Shown here piece by piece: positions 1 to 10,558 of a DNA stretch of 64,000 nucleotides (position 1 is its first letter; each line of letters begins with the position of its first letter). The position numbers were made by a program, and so were the translations under genes. The notes below the pieces were generated by a model, which was given only the letters and a program-made list of their open reading frames with translations, had not been told where the DNA came from and ran no database searches. The stretch is from Candidatus Uabimicrobium helgolandensis. Lineage in GTDB: Bacteria; Planctomycetota; Uabimicrobiia; Uabimicrobiales; Uabimicrobiaceae. The DNA is taken from contig NZ_CP165719.1 of the NCBI RefSeq assembly GCF_041508025.1, forward strand, positions 736,023 to 800,022, written 5' to 3'.

Positions 1-312
1 TTGTTAAAAACTCTCGATATTTCTGAAACAAATATTGACAGCGAAGCGACAAGGTATATTTCGCAAATAACAACTCTAAAAAACCTGGATCTTTCTGATG
101 TAAAAATTAACAATCAAGCAATAAAATGGTTAGTCCAAGCAAAAGCATTAAGGAATTTAGATCTTTCTGAAATAAAAATAGATGATCATTGTGTCAACGA
201 TTTGATACGAATGACGCAACTCAAAAAATTAAATATAGGAAAAACGAATATAAGTAGGGATGGTATTGACAAAGTCAGAAAAGCTCTAAAAAGATGTCTG
301 GTAAAATATTAG
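1..312 (+). CDS. Leucine-rich repeat protein, C-terminal fragment (5' end outside window)
   Basis: The ORF is open at the window start. It carries repeated LxxLxLSxxxI units (NLDLSDVKINN, NLDLSEIKIDD, LNIGKTNIS) and ends at TAG 310-312. Confidence 0.6.
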   Translation: MLKTLDISETNIDSEATRYISQITTLKNLDLSDVKINNQAIKWLVQAKALRNLDLSEIKIDDHCVNDLIRMTQLKKLNIGKTNISRDGIDKVRKALKRCLVKY

Positions 313-324
313 GAGATAGTAAAC

Positions 325-2379
325 GTGCGTAAATTTTCGATTTTTAATATAGTTGCTACTTGTCTTTTGTTTGTAAGTGGTTGTTATACGAAGATTCATG
401 GAATACTTCCACCACCTAAAACATCTTCTAAACAAGAACAATTTGCTATAGGTGCTAGTAAAGTTGACATTACACCGCTACCAGGTATTGCAATGGGAGG
501 GTATTCTATTGTTGGCACAACTGGACGTGGTTATTGGACAAGACTGTATGCTAAAAGTTTATATTTTTGCGACTCAAAAGGGCAAAGTTTTGTTATGGTT
601 TCGTGTGATTTGTGGTCGGTAAGTGGAGGGCTCGCTGACCGTGTTGCTGAGCTGGTCGCATTGCAAGGCAAGCATTTGAGCCGCGAGCAAATTGTTCTTG
701 CTGCAACACATACACATCACAGCCCAGGAAATTTTTCTACTTCTCCAATGTACAACGAGTTTGCTTCCTACCGTAAAGGTTTTGATCAAAGCTTATTTGA
801 TTTTTTTGCCCAAAAAATAGCAGATTCTATTGTCTTAGCTATTGATAATAGCCAGCCTGCGACAGTGGAATTCTCAGTTAAAAAGGTAGCAAAAGTTGTG
901 CGCAATCGAAGCTTACAAGCTTTTTTATTAAATGTCGATAGTCATGAAATACTTCAAGAAAATGCAGAATTACCATTAGAAAAAGTACTTGATTTTGACG
1001 ATGATGCTTATCGTGCGGTCGACCCCAATCTCACAATGGTGCATTTTCGAAATGCTAAGACCAAAAATACTATCGCAGTATCGGGTTTTTTCGCAGTACA
1101 TCCAACGGTAATGGGAGCTAAAACCGAGGTATATCACGCAGATTTATACGGCGTGGCGACGACTCTTACAGAGCAATATTTACAAAAACAAGGTGTAAAA
1201 ACGCCCATTGTAGCTCTTTTTAATGGTGCTGAAGGTGACATCTCTCCTAACTGGAGTGCACGCGATCGTCGTAACACAATGTATTTAGGAAAAAAACTCG
1301 CAAAGGAAATGATTTCGGCCTTACAACAACCCCAACAACAAATGAAATATATTGAATTAAGTTACCGATTTGAAAATATAAATCTTGCGAAGCGTTGCTT
1401 CGAACTCAAAAATATTGAACGTTGCACAGCCGAAAGACCTAGTGTGGGAGTTGCAACAGTCGGAGGAGCTACTGATGGCCGTAGCCGCTTACATAGTTTT
1501 TTGTGGCGTGAGCAGGTAAAAGGAACGCGAAGTAGCGAACAAGGAACAAAACAACCACCAAATAATCCACTTCGTATGGAATTACCTTTTTTAGCGCGTT
1601 TTGTACTTGATTCTCTTATGGGGCAAATAGTTCCTCCCAAAAATTGTCCTCTTGGTATTTATCGCTTGGGAAGCTTGACTTTTGTAACAATGCCAGGAGA
1701 ATTTACTACTACCCTTGGACGCAGAATACGAAACGAAATTGCAAATATAATTCCAGGAGAGACGATCTCTATTGGTTTAGCCAACGAGTATATTTCGTAT
1801 TTCACCACTCCTGAGGAATATGAAATTCAGTTCTATGAAGGTGCATCAACTCTATACGGTCCATTTTCAGGGGCTTTCATTCGAAAAGAATTAGTAAATA
1901 TAGCGAAGAAAATGTCAATGGATAATGTACGTACAAAAAATAAACCATACTCTTATTATCCTGGGCCTAAACGCATTTTTTCATTGGAAGATATAGGCAG
2001 TGAACCTTATTTATTAGATGATGGTCTTTCAAATCTAGTACAAGATCTCGAAACTGGAAAACCAGTGCGCTCCTACCCTCATTTTGTATGGCACGATTCT
2101 ATTTCTCAATTAGATCCAAGTTTAGAGCATAATATTCCACATATAAGTTTACAAATTAAAAAGAACGATTCTTGGCAAAACTTTGAGTACCAAGGTGTTG
2201 CTGAAAATGACCGCGGATTGAATTTTGTAACAGTATTGCTCAGAGTTACAGATAACAAAAGTAAGTGGGGAACAATTTGGCTACAACCTTCCAAGATAGA
2301 AGAGGAATTAATATTGCGTTTTTGCATACAAAAATTAGGAAAAGAAGTTATTTATTCCCCCATTTTCAAGAGCAACTGA
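325..2379 (+). CDS. Neutral/alkaline ceramidase family lipoprotein
   Basis: GTG start at 325 with AGGAGA 9 nt upstream. The N-terminus has a lipobox (LLFVSGC). Motifs VDITPLPGIAMGGY and ATHTHHSPGN match neutral ceramidase N-domain hallmarks. Confidence 0.75.
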   Translation: MRKFSIFNIVATCLLFVSGCYTKIHGILPPPKTSSKQEQFAIGASKVDITPLPGIAMGGYSIVGTTGRGYWTRLYAKSLYFCDSKGQSFVMVSCDLWSVSGGLADRVAELVALQGKHLSREQIVLAATHTHHSPGNFSTSPMYNEFASYRKGFDQSLFDFFAQKIADSIVLAIDNSQPATVEFSVKKVAKVVRNRSLQAFLLNVDSHEILQENAELPLEKVLDFDDDAYRAVDPNLTMVHFRNAKTKNTIAVSGFFAVHPTVMGAKTEVYHADLYGVATTLTEQYLQKQGVKTPIVALFNGAEGDISPNWSARDRRNTMYLGKKLAKEMISALQQPQQQMKYIELSYRFENINLAKRCFELKNIERCTAERPSVGVATVGGATDGRSRLHSFLWREQVKGTRSSEQGTKQPPNNPLRMELPFLARFVLDSLMGQIVPPKNCPLGIYRLGSLTFVTMPGEFTTTLGRRIRNEIANIIPGETISIGLANEYISYFTTPEEYEIQFYEGASTLYGPFSGAFIRKELVNIAKKMSMDNVRTKNKPYSYYPGPKRIFSLEDIGSEPYLLDDGLSNLVQDLETGKPVRSYPHFVWHDSISQLDPSLEHNIPHISLQIKKNDSWQNFEYQGVAENDRGLNFVTVLLRVTDNKSKWGTIWLQPSKIEEELILRFCIQKLGKEVIYSPIFKSN

Positions 2380-2465
2380 TGCTTTTGACTTCGATACATT
2401 TGAGAAGAGCTACAAGTCACTAGTTAACAAAAACGAGAAGTAATCTGAATATTTCCGCTACTTAT

Positions 2466-3119
2466 TTAACGAAAAAGTCTTCTGGTTTCATGGCGTGCTT
2501 TGCGAAATGCAGTAACAACTTCTTGCGACATTTCTCTTGTATCTTGCGTGGTAAAACCTGGCTCAAACAAGGCTGAACCAATAGCAAAACCTGTAGCTCC
2601 TGCTTTCATCCACGATTTAATGTTTCCTGGATGAATACCACCTACTGCAAAGACAGACACATCAGAAGGTAAAACGACTCTTATTGACCGTAAGTATTTA
2701 GGTCCATAAAATTCTGCGGGAAATAGTTTAAGGTGCTTTGCGCCAGAGTTTATCGCATGAAAAGCTTCTGTTGGTGTTGTGAATCCTGGTATTGGAATAA
2801 TATTTTTTTCTAAAATATGCGAAATAATTTTAGGGCAAGTGTTAGGAGCCACGGCAATTTCAGCATTGATTTGTTTTATATTTTCTACATCTTTAGTGGT
2901 AACAACAGTCCCTGCACCACAAACTATGTGATGAGAAAAATTTTCTTGCAAAATTTTGATGCTTTTTAAAGCATCAGGGCAATTGAGTGGAATTTCAATA
3001 ATACGAATTCCTGCCAAAACAAGTTCAGTCGCAATATCGATCACCTGACTAGGTTCAATATTACGTAAAATAGCAATAATCGGCATGCTGTCAAAAATCT
3101 TTTTTTGTTTACTATTCAT
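2466..3119 (-). CDS. eda: KDPG/KHG aldolase family (Eda-like) 2-dehydro-3-deoxy-phosphogluconate aldolase
   Basis: 217 aa. The motifs GAGTVV..., PG..TPTE and LKLFPA typical of the Eda/DgoA family are present. Eda versus DgoA cannot be told apart from sequence alone. Confidence 0.7.
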   Translation of the reverse strand: MNSKQKKIFDSMPIIAILRNIEPSQVIDIATELVLAGIRIIEIPLNCPDALKSIKILQENFSHHIVCGAGTVVTTKDVENIKQINAEIAVAPNTCPKIISHILEKNIIPIPGFTTPTEAFHAINSGAKHLKLFPAEFYGPKYLRSIRVVLPSDVSVFAVGGIHPGNIKSWMKAGATGFAIGSALFEPGFTTQDTREMSQEVVTAFRKARHETRRLFR

Positions 3120-3273
3120 TTTTTTATAACGAGATTATCTCTTCTATCATTTATCAAAATAACCTCGAACCTCCTTTGCGACAGAAAATTTTACTTATAA
3201 CTCTACTTTAGGACAGAAAATAATTTATAAAATAGCAAATTATTTTCCGCCTTAGTTTGATTGTATGTGCTTA

Positions 3274-6200
3274 TCACTTGCCTAAACTAGGTAAGCGAAG
3301 ATTAGGGATGCTTTTGATAGCAAAGGTATCAGATACACGTGAATGATATAAATACTGTGTAATACGAAGAGGCTCGTTGTCCATTGCGTAATCTAATGCT
3401 CTTTCAGGAATACTATTTCGAAATAATAGCTCGTGAGACTTTCTTGGAATTTGTTCATCTTTTTGAGATACAATTTTCAAAATCCATTCGGGCGTTTTTA
3501 TCTGTCGATTGCTAACAGGCAGAGTTTGCCACAGACGAATTGTTTTGTCAAGAGATGCTGTTAACAAAACACCATTATAATGGTCTATACTCAAAACCGC
3601 TTTGCGATGTTGGGCAACAGTACTTACTTTTTTTGAAGTAATGAGGTCCCACCATACAACACTATTATCTTTGGAAGAAGAAAATAAAGCATGGTACTTA
3701 CTATCATAAATAAGCTGTGTGATTTGCGCGCGATGCCCTTCAAAAGTTTGGACTTCTTCACGTTTTTTCAAATCCCATACATGTATTACCCCGGCTTTTT
3801 TTGAAAAAATTAATTGATCTCCGCGTATATATACAAGTGTTTGAACTAAATGTTCTAATTCACATAACGTATATGAATAATCAGCAACTTTTAAATTCCA
3901 CAACTGTATGCTTTTAGAGCCAGTAACAAGCCAATTACCATCATAACTATAATCTAAAACACTTAATTTTTCTTTGTATTTAAGCTGGTAGGTTACCTGC
4001 CCACTTTTCAAATTTTGAATGATGATTTCATTTTTGTTTTTGTAAGCTAAATTGTCTTTGTATGTAGTAAAAACCTTTTCACCAGGAATACTGCGCACAA
4101 ATGAGTAGTCTTTGCTACTCCAAATATAAAGTTCGTTATTATTGCTAGCACCGACAATGTAATTCTTTATGTATTTTACACGTACAACCTTGTGATTATG
4201 CCCATCTAAATTAGCCACAACTTTTTTGTTACTCACATTCCAAACTTTGACCGTTTTATCATCTGAAGATGACACGAAATGTTGTGCATTTGGACTATAA
4301 CTAACCGAGTTTACTTTACTAGAATGGTCGCCAAAAAAAGCGACGTGTTTATTATGTGGAGCACGCCATAAACGCACAATACTGTTTGTGGCGCTTGCAA
4401 CAAATTTTCCATCTTTGCTGTAAGTAATTCCGCGCGTGCTTTTATTTTCTCTATCAATATAAGCAAGAGGAACCTCTGTACCTAAATTGAGCAATACTGC
4501 TGGTTTTGTTTTATAAGCAATGCCAATTGTGTTGCCATCAGGACTAAAACAAATATCATTTACCAAAGCTTGGTCTTCTTTAAAAGTACGTATTTCTTGG
4601 CCTGTCACAATATTCCATAAGCGAGTTGTTCTATCTTGTGATGCAGAAACAATACTGCGTCCTTGCGGATGAAACTTCACAAAGGTTACAGGTTCTTTAT
4701 GTCCAAAAAGTACGAAAATAGCTTTATTTTTTCCCATATTCCAAATACGAATAGTTTTGTCACTAGAGCCAGAAGCAATAAATTGACCTTGTGGACTTAT
4801 AGCAACTTTTAAAATAGAAGAGTTATGTCCAGCAAGAACAGTGACTACTTTCCTGGTTTTTAAACTCCACAGGCGAATAGTTTTATCATCTGAACCTGAG
4901 ATAAGCCACTTACCATCGTTACTAATTACTATGCTATTTACTGGAGAAGTATGTCCAGTATAATTGATGTAGCTAGGTTTTTGAGTTGTAGTGTTCCATG
5001 CAATTGTCTCTTTACGCGAAATAGAGACAATACTATTTTGGATTTGACGTACACTCAAGACTTGGTCGTTGTGCCCTTCTAAAGTAGCAACATTTCTTTT
5101 GGAACGAACGCTCCACAATTTAACCGTTTTATCTGAAGAAGAAGATATTAAATACTTATTGTCAGTACTAAAGGCAATGTCTTTTACCCATGATTTATGA
5201 CCAGTAAGTTGCGCTAGTTTTTGCCCGCTTTGCGCATCCCACAAGTATACATTTTTACCAGCAATTGAAGCAAGTAGAGTTTCATCTTTGGAAAAGGCCA
5301 TCGCTGTAACTTCTGTACTATGTTTGTCGAATGAGCGTACAAGTTTTCCTGAACGCAAATTCCACAATCGCAAAGAACGATCAGAAGAAATCGAGTAAAT
5401 ATAATCTTGCTTACGACTATAATGTATGTTGGTGATTTGTGCTGAGTGTTTTTTTAAAGTATATTTTGGCTGACTATTTGTTAAGGTCCAAACCAGAATT
5501 TTCTTATTTTTATCTCCTGAACAAATAAAATTACTTGTGCGATCAAAAGTTAAACAAGTGATGTCTTTTTTGTGTCCGTTGTATTTTCGTATAGGTTTGC
5601 CTGTTTTTGCATTCCATAGATACACTGATTTACGAGAACTCCCCGCTAATTTTTTACCGTCAGGACTACAGCTGAGTTTGTAGATAGACTCATTTGTTTT
5701 TAACGTTTGCTTCACGCGTCCTGTATTGGTGTCCCATATACGAATTGTGCGATCTTCTGCTGTTGAAATAATTCCTGAGGAGTCTGGCAAAAACGCAATA
5801 TCGTTAATTTCGGCACTGTGTCCTTTGAGAGATCGTATTAGTTCTCCCTTTGTGTCCCATAAACACACAGTATTATCTTTTGCCACAGTCGCATATAATT
5901 GCTGGTTAGGAGCTATTTGTAACATGGTGATTTCGCCATCATGCGCGACCATTTTTTGGGCTTTTTGTTTTCTTGTGTTCCATAAGAAAATACTATTGTC
6001 TTTGTTTGCAGTGGCGATAAAAGAGGAATTTGGATGATACGCTATATCGCGAATTTTGGATGCACTTTTCCATTCACCAATGTATTTGCCATGTTGATCT
6101 AGCAGTTGCAATAAGTTATCTGAAGAAATAGCAATTGTTTTCATGTCTGGTCCATAACGCAAACACTTGATATTTTTTGGGCGATGAAAAATCGCACGTT

Positions 6201-9200
6201 TTTGTTCTCTACTTTTGGAAAATGGATAAACATATACTTGATTATTTATGCCTACAATTGCTTGTAAATGATCATTATAATGCGCTTCATGTATCTGTGA
6301 AGTAAACGATTTTTTTGCTATCAGTTTTAACGAACTAGCCTCAAATAATGTTGCCTGTTTCGAAGAAAAAACGATTAAATTATTACCATCTGCAGAATAC
6401 GAAAGAGATAATGCTTTTGTAGGCAAATCGATGTTTTTTAAAGAACTAAAATCTTTAGTAGAAAGCATTTGTAGTTTATTTTTGGAGTCGATTACTGTTA
6501 TTTGTTGTTTATTCGGATGTAAAGTAATTGCTCTGTAGCTCTCTTTCGATAGATAAATTCTTTTTTTACTGGCTAAGTCCCAAACAATTATACGATTATT
6601 TGTGCTAAGATATACTAGTTTCGAATCTTCGAGGTGAACATCAAATGAGCTACGCGGAATTTCTTTACAAGCCATTGTCGAAATCAGTTCTTGTTTTTGG
6701 GTATTCCAAATGCGAATGGTTTTATCTTTACTTATAGAAACGAGCTTATAGCCTTCATCGAGGTAGATTGTTGCGACTATTTCTCGCTGATGGCCACGAA
6801 GTATTCTTTCGTCACTATTTTCATCTATAGACCAAATGTGTATACTATTATGATTTTGCGACACGGCAGCAATTTCTTTGTTATACGGATGAAAAACACA
6901 AAAAGTAAACTGCGCTGACAGTTGTTGAAAAATATTATTTAAGCGACCAGTACTCGTGTCCCACAAATGTACATTGCTATCTGTTGTTACACTTGCAAGC
7001 ATTTTGCCATCTTGACTGGAGGTAATATGAGAAACAGGAGTGCTGTAATGAGGAGTTGTTTCCCAAACTAAACCCTCTTTCATTAGTGCTAGCTTTACAA
7101 ATTTCTTGTTCTTATTGCGAATCTCATCCACTTCATCTGGTGGTAAATTTTTTGTGAGCTCTAAACTAGCACTTGAAAATAAAAGACTATCTTTCCATTG
7201 CTGATTATCAAACGCTTCGCTAGCCTTTTGTAATGAAATTTTAGCCAATGTTTTTTTTGCAGCTTTGGCTTCAGCAAAACGAATGCGCTCTTCGCGTTTT
7301 GCTTTCATCCTTTCAAATTCGGCTCGTCGTGCTGCTTCTTCAGCTATTTTTTTTTGCTTTTCAACTTTTTCAGTTTCGCGCTTAGCAATATCTCGTTGTT
7401 CCTGGGCTTCTTTCGAGTTAACTTTTGCAATGGCCTCTTGTTTTTTCGCTTGTGTGGCATTTTTTTCTGCAAGCAAATGTTCTTGGCGTATAAAATACAA
7501 ACTAACACTCAATACTAAAAACGTAAGAAGTACTGAACCCAATAACAATAATCGTACTCGTTGCGAAGACTTTTCTGCTTTTATTTTTTGTTGTTTTGCC
7601 TGTTGAATTTGTTGTCGTACTTGTTGAACTTGTGGATCATCGCGGTCTAATTCATCAATCTGAGCTTCACTTAAACCTAAATCATCGTTTCTTAAAGCTA
7701 TCGTTGAATAGGCAATACGTGCAGCATATCTTCCTTCTTTAGCAATTGTATTTCCTGTCCACAGTTTTAACGATTGCTCGAAACAACTAACTGCTTTCGA
7801 AAACTCAGCATAAAGGTGGTTTCTTTGTTTTCCTTTGAGTTTTTTATCTTGAGCTTGTTGGTTTTCTTCTAATATTTTTTGACCTTCTCCAGAGATAATT
7901 AAGCTCTCGCGGTGTTTTAAGAAATAGGCTATAGCTTTTTTGAAATCATCAACATCTTGGAAACGATCTTCTGGAAGTTTTGATAGGGATTTACTGCATA
8001 TATCTTTTAACTCATGTGGAATATGATCTTCAATGAATAAATCATCGCGTTTTTGATCAAAACTTGGCTTGTCAGAAGCAATGGCTTTCATTAATGATTT
8101 CCATATATTCTCATCGTAATGTGGTGGTTTGCCGGTGATAATTTCGTGCAGAATCGCTCCGAGAAGATATGTGTCTGTCCACGGACCTATTTCTTTTCCA
8201 CAGCCTTCAGCTAATTCAGGACTCATATAATGAGGTGTTCCCATTGGGCTTGTAACCATTGATTTATGAAGCGTACGTAACTCCGGTGAAATTTCATCTC
8301 TAGAAACTGCAAGTCCCCAGTCCATCACTAAAACTTCCCCAAATTCACCTATCATAATATTTTCTGGCTTTAAATCATTATGAACAATACCTTTGTTGTG
8401 CGCAAAAGCCATTGCATCACATACGTCGAGTAAAATGCGTAAATGTGCTTCTAAGTCGTACTGTTTAAAACGCTCGTTTTCTGCCGTTTTGTTTAATATC
8501 TTTTTCCATTCCACCCCTTTTACTAATTTCATTGTAAGGAATACATTGCCGTTTATATTTTGACCTAGCTCATAAACAGGAACAATATTTGGATGGTCAA
8601 GGTATGCAGTAACAAGAGCTTCAGAAATAAATTTTTGCTGACTCACATTGTTAATACTTCCAGGAATGATTCTCTTTATTGCAATTTCACGTTTAAGACT
8701 TTTTTGTTCACCTTTGTTGATAATTCCCATACCACCACGAGCTATTTCAGTTCCAATTACAAAATTTTCTGAGCGCGAGTCAAGTTTACTTTTAATGCCA
8801 TCATGTAGGGTATCTTTCATACTGTGAGTTGTTGTGGCTCTTAAAGGATTTTGTGGCGTTTTTTGTTGCGGTTGATCATCATCACAAATAGTTTTTGAAT
8901 CTTCTAGGCATTCATTTTGCACTGCGTCATTGTCTTGTGCGCCAATGATTGTATTTGCTGCACTCATGCTTTTTTCATCGATGATGTTATCAAAAAGAGT
9001 TTGTGCTCCTTTTTCTAAGTCAGATATTTCAGAAGGTAATTCTTCAGAGCTACCATCTAAAGTTTGATTGCCACTTGCACAATCGGGCAAACTTTTTATC
9101 AAATCATCTTTGCTATCAAAATTCGCATCCAAAGTTTGGTCACCTTGTAAGTCATTATTTACAGGGCTATTATCGTTATCTAAAATTTCAGTGGCTATCG

Positions 9201-9813
9201 TTTGGTCGTCTAAAGTTTGGTCACCCTGCAAGTCGTTGTTTACAGGGCTGTTATCGTTATCTAAGGTTTCAGTGGCTATCGTTTGATCGTCTAAAGTTTG
9301 GTCGCCCTGCAAGTCATTGTTTACAGGGCTGTTATCGTTATCTAAGGTTTCAGTGGCTATCGTTTGATCGTCTAAAGTTTGGTCGCCCTGCAAGTCATTG
9401 TTTACAGGGCTGTTATCGTTATCTAAAGTTTCAGTGGCTATCGTTTGATCGTCTAAAGTTTGGTCGCCCTGCAAGTCATTGTTTACAGAGCTGTTATCGT
9501 TATCTAAAGTTTGGTCACCTTGTAAACCATTATTTACAGGACTATTGTTATCAACAGCTGTTTCTTGAACTTGTACAGGAGTTCCAGTAGCTGTTTCATT
9601 AATTGTTTCGTCTCCCTCGGAGATCACTGATCCTTTTGGAGTAATTACTTCAATACTCGTATCGTTTTTGTTGAGCAAAGTCATGAGTGGTAAATATACA
9701 TTTTTGCTTGCAAGAGATTCAGCACCTTTATATGTAGTTCCACCACCACCACGCTCTAATTGCTCAGCTCCAATTGTTTTTGACCAAAGTTCGTGAATTG
9801 TTTTTTCATCCAT
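3274..9813 (-). CDS. Giant Ser/Thr protein kinase (Hanks-type) with N-terminal acidic tandem repeats, TM segment, coiled coil and about 20 or more C-terminal WD40 repeats
   Basis: 2179 aa. The kinase catalytic loop HNDLKPENIMI, the DWGLA (DFG-like) motif and SPE (APE) are present. A hydrophobic stretch (LLLLGSVLLTFLVLSVSLYF) and a K/E-rich coiled coil follow. Repeated WD40 signatures (e.g. GH...V..V.FSPDG, WD/WN dipeptides) run to the C-terminus. The RBS GAGGG lies 8 nt upstream of ATG 9813. Confidence 0.9.
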   Translation of the reverse strand: MDEKTIHELWSKTIGAEQLERGGGGTTYKGAESLASKNVYLPLMTLLNKNDTSIEVITPKGSVISEGDETINETATGTPVQVQETAVDNNSPVNNGLQGDQTLDNDNSSVNNDLQGDQTLDDQTIATETLDNDNSPVNNDLQGDQTLDDQTIATETLDNDNSPVNNDLQGDQTLDDQTIATETLDNDNSPVNNDLQGDQTLDDQTIATEILDNDNSPVNNDLQGDQTLDANFDSKDDLIKSLPDCASGNQTLDGSSEELPSEISDLEKGAQTLFDNIIDEKSMSAANTIIGAQDNDAVQNECLEDSKTICDDDQPQQKTPQNPLRATTTHSMKDTLHDGIKSKLDSRSENFVIGTEIARGGMGIINKGEQKSLKREIAIKRIIPGSINNVSQQKFISEALVTAYLDHPNIVPVYELGQNINGNVFLTMKLVKGVEWKKILNKTAENERFKQYDLEAHLRILLDVCDAMAFAHNKGIVHNDLKPENIMIGEFGEVLVMDWGLAVSRDEISPELRTLHKSMVTSPMGTPHYMSPELAEGCGKEIGPWTDTYLLGAILHEIITGKPPHYDENIWKSLMKAIASDKPSFDQKRDDLFIEDHIPHELKDICSKSLSKLPEDRFQDVDDFKKAIAYFLKHRESLIISGEGQKILEENQQAQDKKLKGKQRNHLYAEFSKAVSCFEQSLKLWTGNTIAKEGRYAARIAYSTIALRNDDLGLSEAQIDELDRDDPQVQQVRQQIQQAKQQKIKAEKSSQRVRLLLLGSVLLTFLVLSVSLYFIRQEHLLAEKNATQAKKQEAIAKVNSKEAQEQRDIAKRETEKVEKQKKIAEEAARRAEFERMKAKREERIRFAEAKAAKKTLAKISLQKASEAFDNQQWKDSLLFSSASLELTKNLPPDEVDEIRNKNKKFVKLALMKEGLVWETTPHYSTPVSHITSSQDGKMLASVTTDSNVHLWDTSTGRLNNIFQQLSAQFTFCVFHPYNKEIAAVSQNHNSIHIWSIDENSDERILRGHQREIVATIYLDEGYKLVSISKDKTIRIWNTQKQELISTMACKEIPRSSFDVHLEDSKLVYLSTNNRIIVWDLASKKRIYLSKESYRAITLHPNKQQITVIDSKNKLQMLSTKDFSSLKNIDLPTKALSLSYSADGNNLIVFSSKQATLFEASSLKLIAKKSFTSQIHEAHYNDHLQAIVGINNQVYVYPFSKSREQKRAIFHRPKNIKCLRYGPDMKTIAISSDNLLQLLDQHGKYIGEWKSASKIRDIAYHPNSSFIATANKDNSIFLWNTRKQKAQKMVAHDGEITMLQIAPNQQLYATVAKDNTVCLWDTKGELIRSLKGHSAEINDIAFLPDSSGIISTAEDRTIRIWDTNTGRVKQTLKTNESIYKLSCSPDGKKLAGSSRKSVYLWNAKTGKPIRKYNGHKKDITCLTFDRTSNFICSGDKNKKILVWTLTNSQPKYTLKKHSAQITNIHYSRKQDYIYSISSDRSLRLWNLRSGKLVRSFDKHSTEVTAMAFSKDETLLASIAGKNVYLWDAQSGQKLAQLTGHKSWVKDIAFSTDNKYLISSSSDKTVKLWSVRSKRNVATLEGHNDQVLSVRQIQNSIVSISRKETIAWNTTTQKPSYINYTGHTSPVNSIVISNDGKWLISGSDDKTIRLWSLKTRKVVTVLAGHNSSILKVAISPQGQFIASGSSDKTIRIWNMGKNKAIFVLFGHKEPVTFVKFHPQGRSIVSASQDRTTRLWNIVTGQEIRTFKEDQALVNDICFSPDGNTIGIAYKTKPAVLLNLGTEVPLAYIDRENKSTRGITYSKDGKFVASATNSIVRLWRAPHNKHVAFFGDHSSKVNSVSYSPNAQHFVSSSDDKTVKVWNVSNKKVVANLDGHNHKVVRVKYIKNYIVGASNNNELYIWSSKDYSFVRSIPGEKVFTTYKDNLAYKNKNEIIIQNLKSGQVTYQLKYKEKLSVLDYSYDGNWLVTGSKSIQLWNLKVADYSYTLCELEHLVQTLVYIRGDQLIFSKKAGVIHVWDLKKREEVQTFEGHRAQITQLIYDSKYHALFSSSKDNSVVWWDLITSKKVSTVAQHRKAVLSIDHYNGVLLTASLDKTIRLWQTLPVSNRQIKTPEWILKIVSQKDEQIPRKSHELLFRNSIPERALDYAMDNEPLRITQYLYHSRVSDTFAIKSIPNLRLPSLGK
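9123..9552 (-). repeat. In-frame 81-bp tandem repeat array (about 5 copies) inside the kinase N-terminus, encoding DNDNSPVNNDLQGDQTLDDQTIATETL
   Basis: Near-identical 81-nt units are visible directly in the DNA (…ggtcgccctgcaagtcattgtttacagggctgttatcgttatctaa…). The + strand shadow ORFs 9003..9590 and 9068..9286 are artefacts of this repeat. Confidence 0.85.
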
Positions 9814-9835
9814 GTATATTACCCTCTCATTTCAA

Positions 9836-10558
9836 CTATTTTTGTTGTAAGGCTGCATCAAGAAAATGTTGTGCTTCAATATTATCAGCATTGATTTTTA
9901 AAGCTTTACGTAAATATAGTTCTGCTCTTTTAGGGCGATCTTTTTTTAGGTAAGATCGTCCTAATAGTGTATATGCCTTATCATCACCACCTAATTTGAC
10001 AGCCTTTTTACACATTGCAATAGCTTTATCCACATCTCCACCTGCAATAGGAGGATTGTAGTAATACATTTTTGCTTTTGCAACATGCGCAAATGCGTTA
10101 CTTTTATCAGTACTCAGAGATTTATTGAGGTCGTTTAATGCTTGCGGACCTTTTGTCATCCCCGATAAAAAGCCAACGATTGCATGAGAAAGTAGTTCTC
10201 CGCGAATTCTGTACAAGTCTGCCCAATTCGGCCTACTTTTAAATAACGGGCTGAGGATTTTTATACCTTTTTCTGCTGCTTTCGCTGTTCCTGGGCGAGT
10301 AATATTTTTGCCTTCTGTATTGGGCAATTCTCGGCGAAAAAATCTTTCGACATTGCAATAAGCTAAACAAACTCTTGCAAACCAGTACCGAGCATTGTCA
10401 TTGTTTGAGTTTTGCGCAATCCAATTTTCTAAATCTTGTTGTATTTTTGATAGATTTTTTAACGAGTAGGTTTTTTCTACTTGTTCTGCTTGTTTTATAA
10501 GCTCAGGAGATGCAGTAACGCTTATTAAAAACAATAAAATAAAACATACTTTTTTCAT
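9836..10558 (-). CDS. TPR-repeat secreted/lipoprotein, co-oriented 22 bp upstream of the giant kinase
   Basis: It has a signal peptide (MKKVCFILLFLISVTAS) and TPR-like A/Y/L periodicity. A strong RBS AAGGAG lies 5 nt before the ATG. Confidence 0.7.
   Translation of the reverse strand: MKKVCFILLFLISVTASPELIKQAEQVEKTYSLKNLSKIQQDLENWIAQNSNNDNARYWFARVCLAYCNVERFFRRELPNTEGKNITRPGTAKAAEKGIKILSPLFKSRPNWADLYRIRGELLSHAIVGFLSGMTKGPQALNDLNKSLSTDKSNAFAHVAKAKMYYYNPPIAGGDVDKAIAMCKKAVKLGGDDKAYTLLGRSYLKKDRPKRAELYLRKALKINADNIEAQHFLDAALQQK

Noticed and set aside
5726-7606. Small plus-strand ORFs (5726-6037, 6691-6918, 7265-7606) inside the giant kinase gene
   Set aside because: They are antisense to the continuous 6.5-kb kinase/WD40 reading frame, with no start signals, and are likely spurious.
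9003-9590. ORFs 9003..9590 (+) and 9068..9286 (+), encoding repetitive 'GCYRYLRFQWLSFDRLKFGRPASHCLQ' peptides
   Set aside because: They are antisense shadow ORFs generated by the 81-bp tandem repeats inside the kinase gene. They have no RBS, and the opposite strand carries the convincing kinase CDS.
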